From the NCBI GenBank assembly GCA_031411295.1, contig JANOAV010000169.1, positions 1 through 12,701 of the forward strand: DNA of 12,701 bases, in the 5' to 3' direction. The position numbers and the translations under genes were made by a program. This stretch comes from Verrucomicrobiales bacterium. Its GTDB lineage: Bacteria > Verrucomicrobiota > Verrucomicrobiia > Verrucomicrobiales > V1-33. Positions 6,095 to 12,701 of this stretch are shown here, one piece after another. Each line of letters begins with the position of its first letter. Positions within the stretch are counted from its first letter, which is position 1. The notes below the pieces were generated by a model. The model did not search any database, was not told where the DNA came from, and worked only from the letters and a program-made list of their open reading frames with translations.

Positions 6095-8848
6095 TTAATG
6101 CGCCAACGCCGGTTGCAAGATTGCTCCAGAAACCCGCTCCACATCCGCCGCCGTGACTTTGAATTCGGGGCACATGGTGTCTGCGTCCATGCAATCGCCT
6201 GTGACATTGTTGACCATGGCCTCGGGGAAATGGAACGTGGTGTAGAGGATGCCGGGTTTCACGTCTTCGGTCACGGAGGCCTTGAGCAGGACTTCGCCCC
6301 GCGCGCTAAACAGTCGCACGCGGTCGCCACTGCGGATGCCTTTCTTGGTGGCATCGGCGGGGTTAATGACAAGCAGGTCTTCGCTGACAATTTGTTCATT
6401 ACCAGTCCGCCGCGTCATGGTGCCGCAGTTGTAGTGTTCCAAAATCCGCCCGGTGGTGAGGATGAACGGAAATTCTTTGCCGTAGCGTTCCAGTTCGTTG
6501 GATTCCTGGAACGGGAAGAAATGGAATTTGCCTAATCCATGCTCGCGCTTGAAGCTGTCCAAATGGAGGATCGGCGTGCCTTGGCCGCCCACTTGGATCG
6601 GCCATTGCGCGCCTTGGTCGCCCAAGCCTTCCCAAGTGGCGCCCTTGAAAAACGGGACGATCTGGGAAATTTCCGCCAGCATGCCATCGGGGGTGTAGGG
6701 CGCTTGGGCGTAACCCATGCGCTGCATGATTTCCACAATGATCTGGCCGTCTGGCTTGGTGCCGGAAAGTGGGGGCACGGTGGCTTGCACCCGTTGGACC
6801 CGACGTTCGCTGTTGGTAAACGTGCCGCTCTTCTCCAGGAAGGACGAGGCGGGAAGGATGACGTTGGCGTATTTGGCCGTTTCGGTCATGAAGATTTCCT
6901 GGACCAAAAGGAACTCCAGCCCCTCCATGGCCGTGCGCACGTGATGCGTGTTAGGGTCGGTCTGCACCACATCCTCGCCCATGAGCCAGAGCGCTTTTAG
7001 ACGACCTTCCACAGCGGCATCGAACATCTGCGGGATCTTCCAACCAGCTTCCTCGGATAATTTCACGCCGTAGAAATCCTCGTAAAGTTTGTGCACTTGC
7101 GGATCGTTCACTTCGAAATAACCCGCGCCTTGGTGCGGCTGACAACCCATATCGGCGGCTCCCTGGACGTTATTTTGCCCGCGCAGCGGATTCACGCCCA
7201 CGCCGGGGCGACCGATGTTTCCGGTCATCATGGCGAGGTTTGCAATCAACATCACGGTCTTCGCGCCTTGGGAATGCTCTGTGACTCCGAGACCGTGGAA
7301 ACTCATCGCGGCCTCGGCCGAAGCGTATTCCAGCGCGGCGGCCTTCACTTGTTCACGGGGCACCCCAGTGAGCTTTTCGATGGCATCCAAGTCCAGGCTC
7401 AGCAGTCCAGCCTTCAGTGTTTCCCAGTTCTCACAGCGTTTACTGACAAACTCCTCGTCCACCAATCCGGCATCCAAAATGTAGCGGGAGAACATGTTTA
7501 GCAGTGCCACATTGGTGCCCGGGCGGAGTTGCAAATGGTGCTTGGCATAGGGCACTAGCTCGATTTTCCGGGGATCGATCACGATCAGCGGCACGCCTTT
7601 CATGACGGCTTGCTTGATCTTCGCACCTGTCACGGGATGGCCTTCGGTGGGGTTCGCCCCAATGACCATGATGCACGCGGTATGCTCCAGATCATCAATC
7701 GAATTGGTGGCGGCACCGGTGCCGAAACTCTTCTGCATTCCCCACGCGGTGGGGCTGTGGCAGACCCGCGCGCAGCAGTCGATGTTGTTTGTGCCGATGA
7801 CCGCACGAATGAATTTCTGCATCAGATAGTTCTCTTCGTTGGTGCAGCGGGCGCTGGAAATGCCAGCGATGGACTGCGCCCCATGATCCGCTTTGATCCG
7901 GGTCAAGTTTTCCACGATATGCTCGTAAGCCTCTTCCCACGAGGATTCCACGAATTGGCCATCGCGTTTGATCAACGGCTTGCGCAGACGATCTTTGTGA
8001 TTGTAGAATTTGAAGGCGTAACGGCCTTTCAGACACGTGTGGGCATGATTGACCGCGGCATCCACCGGAGCGGAAATGGACAGAACTTCGTTGCCCTTGG
8101 TTGCTACTTCCAAATTACAACCCACTCCACAGTAGGTGCAAATGGTGCGCGTTTTCTTGGTGGCTTCGATGGATTTAGATTGGAAGACATCGCTGATAGC
8201 TGAGGTCGGACACGCCTGAGCACAAGCGCCACAGGAAACACAGGGGCTGTCTTCGAAGCTGGTGTCCAGTCCTTTGATGATCCGGCTCTCAAAGCCCCGA
8301 CCATGCATGGATAACACGAACTGTCCCTGAATCTCATCACACGCCCGCACGCAACGGGAGCAGTTGATGCATTTCGATAAATCGGACGTCATGTAAGGAT
8401 GCGAGAGATCCTTCTTGCGGTCCAGGTGATTCGCGCCGGCGGGATAGCGCACTTTGCGCACGCCTACTTTGGCCGCCACCGTTTGCAGTTCGCAGTTGCC
8501 ATTCACCTCACAAGTCAGGCAGTCCAGTGGATGGTCCGTGAGCACCAATTCGATGATATTCTTCCGCAAGTTGCGCACCTTGTTGGATTCGGTGTAAACA
8601 TACATGCCGGCCGTCAGCGGGGTGTGGCAGGAAGCCACCACGCGACGCGGCCCATTTTCCGCCAAGGCCACTTCCACCGAACAGACGCGGCAGGCACCGT
8701 AGGGCTTGAGCTGCGGAGCATCACACAAGGTCGGCACATGCCCCCGACCGCGGTAGCGATCGACGAAATTCAAGAGGGTATCCCCCGGTTCAAAACCGAA
8801 AGGTTTGTCGTCGATGTAGGCGATTTGGGTGGAGGGATTCAGGCTCAT
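6095..8848 (-). CDS. fdhF: Formate dehydrogenase alpha subunit (Mo/W-bis-PGD, Cys ligand) with N-terminal [2Fe-2S]/[4Fe-4S] domains
   Basis: PTLC...CRVC...ASC, HPLDCLTC...C, CINCSRCVRAC, CVSCGACAQACP, CTYCGVGC...C, active-site DCCARVCH and PLRGQNNVQG, and C-terminal LTTGRILEHY. Confidence 0.93.
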   Translation of the reverse strand: MSLNPSTQIAYIDDKPFGFEPGDTLLNFVDRYRGRGHVPTLCDAPQLKPYGACRVCSVEVALAENGPRRVVASCHTPLTAGMYVYTESNKVRNLRKNIIELVLTDHPLDCLTCEVNGNCELQTVAAKVGVRKVRYPAGANHLDRKKDLSHPYMTSDLSKCINCSRCVRACDEIQGQFVLSMHGRGFESRIIKGLDTSFEDSPCVSCGACAQACPTSAISDVFQSKSIEATKKTRTICTYCGVGCNLEVATKGNEVLSISAPVDAAVNHAHTCLKGRYAFKFYNHKDRLRKPLIKRDGQFVESSWEEAYEHIVENLTRIKADHGAQSIAGISSARCTNEENYLMQKFIRAVIGTNNIDCCARVCHSPTAWGMQKSFGTGAATNSIDDLEHTACIMVIGANPTEGHPVTGAKIKQAVMKGVPLIVIDPRKIELVPYAKHHLQLRPGTNVALLNMFSRYILDAGLVDEEFVSKRCENWETLKAGLLSLDLDAIEKLTGVPREQVKAAALEYASAEAAMSFHGLGVTEHSQGAKTVMLIANLAMMTGNIGRPGVGVNPLRGQNNVQGAADMGCQPHQGAGYFEVNDPQVHKLYEDFYGVKLSEEAGWKIPQMFDAAVEGRLKALWLMGEDVVQTDPNTHHVRTAMEGLEFLLVQEIFMTETAKYANVILPASSFLEKSGTFTNSERRVQRVQATVPPLSGTKPDGQIIVEIMQRMGYAQAPYTPDGMLAEISQIVPFFKGATWEGLGDQGAQWPIQVGGQGTPILHLDSFKREHGLGKFHFFPFQESNELERYGKEFPFILTTGRILEHYNCGTMTRRTGNEQIVSEDLLVINPADATKKGIRSGDRVRLFSARGEVLLKASVTEDVKPGILYTTFHFPEAMVNNVTGDCMDADTMCPEFKVTAADVERVSGAILQPALAH

Positions 8849-9187
8849 GGCAGGGAGGAAGAGTCAGCGATGTGGATAAGGAAATCTGCGGGGGAGCCAA
8901 TTTGAAGCTCGTAAGCATGCGAAATTGGCCCGCAATGACACAGTAGTAGCCTCATGATCGCCTCATGGCAACCAGAAGCAGCGGTTCTGCACCACAAGTT
9001 TACGTCTCCGTTGATGTCCGAGGAAGCACAAAATCATCCGCGAGTTTTGCCTGTTGCAGAGGGCGCAGCCAGCGAATTAGAGGTTTGGGTTGACGCCAGT
9101 TGGTTATGACTGCACAATTCCGACACGCCGTGAGCCTCACGCTGAATGCTGGCCCAGTGGCCGGTTGGAATCACTCCGCAATAAAAC

Positions 9188-9685
9188 ATGAAAACACTTC
9201 CACACTTGATTTGCCTCGCCCTCCTCATGTGCTTCGCTGGTTCGGCTTGGGCTGATCCGTTTGAAATCAAAATTGAACGTCATGTGATTGACAAAGAGGA
9301 CCGAATCAATCGGCCGCGCCTTGAAGGGGAAGAAATCCAGACAACTTTAAAGATAGTGGTCACCAATCGCAGCGGCAAGCCTGTCGAAAATGCCTCAGTG
9401 AATTGGGCCATTGTGGTCGCCCGTTCTGGTCCCAAAAAGGCGGCACTGACCTCTGGCACCAGCAAACTCGGGCCCTTGGCCAACAGCCAATCTGCCACGA
9501 TCGAAACCGACGCCGTCACGGTTGTAAAAAATCGTAACGGCAAACAGGAACTGGACTACAAAGTGATCCTGCAGGACGCAGCAGGGAAGCAGTTGGTAAA
9601 CACTGCCAGCGACCCGAAATTTGATGCCTTGGCCAGCGCGGCGCATCCCATGAACAAGGATGCCAAGAAAAAACAAAAAGAGTAA
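9188..9685 (+). CDS. Secreted hypothetical protein
   Basis: 165 aa with a Sec signal peptide (MKT, hydrophobic core, AWA|D), beta-strand-like alternating pattern and Lys-rich tail. Start context is A-rich (AATAAAAC-ATG). Confidence 0.8.
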   Translation: MKTLPHLICLALLMCFAGSAWADPFEIKIERHVIDKEDRINRPRLEGEEIQTTLKIVVTNRSGKPVENASVNWAIVVARSGPKKAALTSGTSKLGPLANSQSATIETDAVTVVKNRNGKQELDYKVILQDAAGKQLVNTASDPKFDALASAAHPMNKDAKKKQKE

Positions 9686-9689
9686 ACGA

Positions 9690-9720
9690 GGGGCAATGGT
9701 GCCATCGGCACAACTGCCCC
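9690..9720. terminator. GC-rich hairpin between convergent genes, possible bidirectional terminator
   Basis: GGGGCA-atg-GTGCC-atc-GGCAC-aac-TGCCCC between the stops at 9685 and 9738. The U-tracts are weak. Confidence 0.55.
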
Positions 9721-9737
9721 CTTCCCCATTTATAGCC

Positions 9738-11195
9738 TCAGAGGGGAAACTGTTCTGGAGCGGAATCAGCCTTGCGTGGCTTCATTTTCGCCTTGGCGAA
9801 ATCCTCTGGACGGGGCATTGAACTGATGACGTGGGTGCTGTCATTGGAAATCCCCTTGCTCTGGAAATGCTTTAACTGCGCATCAAAGCCCGGATAGCTC
9901 GTGGCCACGCAATCCACGTCCTCCACGATCGTTTCGCCATCGGCAAAGAGTCCCGCAATGGCAAAAGCCATGGCGATGCGGTGATCTCCGAAGCTGGTCA
10001 CTCTGGCCCCCTTCAGTTGCGCGCCACCCTCGATTTCCAAGCCATCATAGAGTTCGCGCACGTTCGCACCCATTTCCCGCAGGTTGCGGGCCACGGCGGA
10101 AATACGATCCGACTCCTTGTTGCGCAGTTCCCCGGCATCCCGAATCACTGTGCGGCCCTGCGCCAAAGCCGCAGCCACGGCCAGGATCGGGAGTTCATCA
10201 ATGACGTTAGGGATTTCCGCTCCCTCGATGATGGTGCCTTTCAGGATGCCGCCCTTAATGGTGACATTGCCAATCGGTTCGGCTTGCTCCCGACCGCCCA
10301 GCACCTCCGTGATTTGTGCGCCCATCCGAATCAGAACCTTGAGAATGCCGGTGCGGGTGGGATTGAGCCCCACCTCTTGAATAATGAGGTCAGAGCGAGG
10401 CTGGGCGGCAGCCGCGACCGCCCAGAAGGCGGCACTGGAAATATCTCCCGGCACTTGGAAGTCGCGACTCTCCGGCACCTGACCACCATAGATGCTAATG
10501 CTATGTCCGCTGCGCAGGGTCTTCACCATGAAGTATTTCAACATCGTTTCCGTGTGATCGCGCGTCGCTTGCGGCTCCACTACCGTCGTCTTGCCATCGG
10601 CAAAGAGGCCTGCCAACAGGATGGCGCTCTTCACTTGGGCACTGGCCACCGGAAGCGTATAGCGAATGGGGCGAAGCGCCCCTCCCGTAACGATCAGCGG
10701 GGCACAACCATTTTCGGTCTCCGAGCGAATCTCCGCCCCCATTTCCCTCAGCGGCTCCATGATCCGCTTCATGGGACGACGCGATAGTGACGCATCGCCC
10801 ACCAAGCGACTCGTGAACGGCTGCGCGGCCAGGATTCCCGCCAGCAACCGCATCGTGGTGCCGGAATTACCGCACTCCAAGTCCTGTGTGGGCGCTTCCA
10901 GCTTCATGCTACAGCCATGGACCTCCAAGCTGGTTGGACCGGGCAACGGAGTGCCTTTTTCATCGTGACCTTTCCAAGCGTTCCCCTGTTCATCGAAGGC
11001 CAGGATTTTCACGCCCATCCGACGCATACAATCCATGGTGGAAAGGCAGTCTTCGCTGGCCAGGAACCCCGTGATATGACACACGCCGTTCGATAGCGCG
11101 GAAAACATCACAGCCCGATGGGAAATGGATTTATCCCCCGGGACGCGGATCTCGGCGGAAATGTGACGGGCACGTTTAACTCGGAATTCAGACAT
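9738..11195 (-). CDS. aroA: 3-phosphoshikimate 1-carboxyvinyltransferase (EPSP synthase, class II), 485 aa
   Basis: PGDKSISHRA, CGNSGTTMRL, GDASLSRRPM, ASAQVKS, RDHTE, PGDISSA, NPTR, IDE.P, KESDR, DHRIAM. Start set at ATG 11195 (MSEFRVK). Confidence 0.97.
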   Translation of the reverse strand: MSEFRVKRARHISAEIRVPGDKSISHRAVMFSALSNGVCHITGFLASEDCLSTMDCMRRMGVKILAFDEQGNAWKGHDEKGTPLPGPTSLEVHGCSMKLEAPTQDLECGNSGTTMRLLAGILAAQPFTSRLVGDASLSRRPMKRIMEPLREMGAEIRSETENGCAPLIVTGGALRPIRYTLPVASAQVKSAILLAGLFADGKTTVVEPQATRDHTETMLKYFMVKTLRSGHSISIYGGQVPESRDFQVPGDISSAAFWAVAAAAQPRSDLIIQEVGLNPTRTGILKVLIRMGAQITEVLGGREQAEPIGNVTIKGGILKGTIIEGAEIPNVIDELPILAVAAALAQGRTVIRDAGELRNKESDRISAVARNLREMGANVRELYDGLEIEGGAQLKGARVTSFGDHRIAMAFAIAGLFADGETIVEDVDCVATSYPGFDAQLKHFQSKGISNDSTHVISSMPRPEDFAKAKMKPRKADSAPEQFPL

Positions 11196-11365
11196 GGAAG
11201 TGAAGGGGGAAATTGATGCGGGAATCAACTGGGAGAAATCGGCCGCCAGCGGGATTAAGTTCCTGCTCGGAGCAACAGCGCGCCGGGCATTGTAATTTCT
11301 CGAGCTATTCCAATAATTCAACGGGAAATGCCAAGGCCAGGGCGCGGAGGGCTGGCAGTCCCGTT

Positions 11366-12700
11366 TTAGATCCCCTCCAGAACGAGGCTCGCAGTGCGCT
11401 TGGCCGCGCCACGATGCGGAGCCAGGGCTTGCTGGCCGCGGACCGGACCCAACCGGGCCTCCTGAGGATTCCGCAGCACGTTCCGCACCGCTGCGCAGAG
11501 TGCCTCCGGCCCATCCAGTTGCCGGAGCGCTTTGGCATCCAACAGCAGCTTCATCACCAACGAGAAATTCTCCATCTTCGGACCCGTTAGCACCGGTGTG
11601 CCCGCCGCAATCGCCTCCACCGGATTCTGCCCACCGTTGGCATAGAAACTCTTCCCCATCACCACCACATCCGGCAATTGCTGCCAATCCCGCAGTTCCC
11701 CCGTGGTATCCACTAGCAGAACGTCAGGCTCCTCCTCCGGCACCTCAGCAGCGGTCCGACGCACCGTTTTCAACCCCAGCGCGTTCAATTCCACGACCAC
11801 CCCGCCAGCACGCTCCACGTGTCGTGGCACCAGAATCAATTTCAGCTGTGGCCACTCCTCGCGCAGCTCTAACCATACCTTTCCCAGCAGCACTTCCTCC
11901 TGCGGGAAGGTGCTGGCACCCAGGATCACGTGCGACCAACCGCCCGGCCAGCAACGCTCCGCCACCGCCCGCAACTCCGCTGCCCGACCCGGCTTCGTGG
12001 CGGGCTCGTCGTATTTTACACTTCCCGTCAGCACAATCGCCTCCGACCGTGCGCCAATCGCCCGCCAACGGTCCACCCCGTCGGGAAATTGCACACAGAC
12101 CTGATCCAGCAGGAAAAAGATCGGCTCCACGAACCATTTGAATTTAGCATAGCGACGTCCCGAGCGCGGGGAGAGTCGGGCATTGGCCAGACAGAGTTTC
12201 ACCCCCTGCCGCTTCGCCAGACACGTCAGATTCGGCCAGACTTCCGCCTCGACAAACACCAGCATTTCCGGTCGCACTAACTTCAGCACTCGACGCACCA
12301 CCCACAGGAAATCGACCGGGGAGTAAATCACGGTCACCTGCTCCGGAAGATCCTTTACCGCCACCGCATAGCCCGTGGAAGTCGTCGTGGACAGCACCAT
12401 GCGACGCTCCGGAGCCAGCCGCAGCATTTCCTTAATCAACTTCCGCGCCACCCCCACCTCTCCCACGCTCACCGCGTGCAACCAGATCGGCCGCGGACCA
12501 CTCGCCAGCCGAGCCTTGATCTCCGCGCTGAAGCAGCCCAACCGCTGCCAGAAATTCTGCCCATAACCGCCCCGTTTCCGCATCTTCAGCAGCGAACTAG
12601 GCAGCAGCCACAGCAACGCCAGCGGCAGCAGGCTATTGTAGATGAGCAGGACGAAACGACGTCGCCAAAGAAAGGGATCGGGTATGGGTAGTGATGAATG
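11366..12700 (-). CDS. waaA: 3-deoxy-D-manno-octulosonic acid (Kdo) transferase, 5' end not resolved
   Basis: IWLHAVSVGE, STTTSTG, EAEVWPN, NARLS, GSVKYD, VPRHVER, DTTGEL, GGQNPVEA. The frame stays open to the window edge and includes the membrane anchor FVLLIYNSLLPLA upstream of the TTG at 12616. Confidence 0.95.
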   Translation of the reverse strand, partial: HSSLPIPDPFLWRRRFVLLIYNSLLPLALLWLLPSSLLKMRKRGGYGQNFWQRLGCFSAEIKARLASGPRPIWLHAVSVGEVGVARKLIKEMLRLAPERRMVLSTTTSTGYAVAVKDLPEQVTVIYSPVDFLWVVRRVLKLVRPEMLVFVEAEVWPNLTCLAKRQGVKLCLANARLSPRSGRRYAKFKWFVEPIFFLLDQVCVQFPDGVDRWRAIGARSEAIVLTGSVKYDEPATKPGRAAELRAVAERCWPGGWSHVILGASTFPQEEVLLGKVWLELREEWPQLKLILVPRHVERAGGVVVELNALGLKTVRRTAAEVPEEEPDVLLVDTTGELRDWQQLPDVVVMGKSFYANGGQNPVEAIAAGTPVLTGPKMENFSLVMKLLLDAKALRQLDGPEALCAAVRNVLRNPQEARLGPVRGQQALAPHRGAAKRTASLVLEGI

Positions 12701-12701
12701 C

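Noticed and set aside
6095..8848. Selenocysteine-containing FDH or SECIS element
   Set aside because: The ORF is uninterrupted and the active site has Cys (CARVCH).
8871..8879. Perfect DnaA box (TTATCCACA on the minus strand), with a one-mismatch copy at 1151-1159
   Set aside because: Isolated boxes without a cluster, AT-rich unwinding element or oriC-linked genes are plausible by chance.
11196..11687. 164-aa N-terminal extension making AroA 649 aa
   Set aside because: It overlaps the waaA 3' end in another frame and has no domain character. EPSPS similarity starts at Met 11195.
4276..12691. Numerous antisense and alternate-frame ORFs over the sugar transferase, fdhF, aroA and waaA
   Set aside because: These are shadow ORFs expected in GC-rich coding DNA, overlapping well-supported genes and lacking motifs.

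Overview
Bacterial chromosomal window. Gene content and style suggest Verrucomicrobiota, but that is inference. The right part (4.4-12.7 kb) is mostly housekeeping: waaA/kdtA (5' end runs off the window), a class II aroA, a secreted hypothetical protein, a stand-alone Cys-type formate dehydrogenase alpha subunit, and a priming polyprenyl-phosphate glycosylphosphotransferase of an exopolysaccharide locus. The left 4.4 kb is a co-oriented (minus strand) train of small accessory genes downstream of that transferase: two four-helix-bundle (TIGR02436/23S-IVS/Avd-like) genes, an Rpn/YhgA PD-(D/E)XK nuclease, a YdcF/DUF218 protein, and a DUF6036-like nucleotidyltransferase coupled to a 95-aa helical protein. 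The most striking signal is non-coding. Three times the same architecture appears: a purine-rich 7-bp tandem array, then a cargo, then an approximately complementary pyrimidine-rich 7-bp array. The cargo is either GTAG-type REP-like hairpins or a whole four-helix-bundle gene. This may be an uncharacterised repeat-bounded mobile or RNA-processed element. No database searches or folding calculations could be run.
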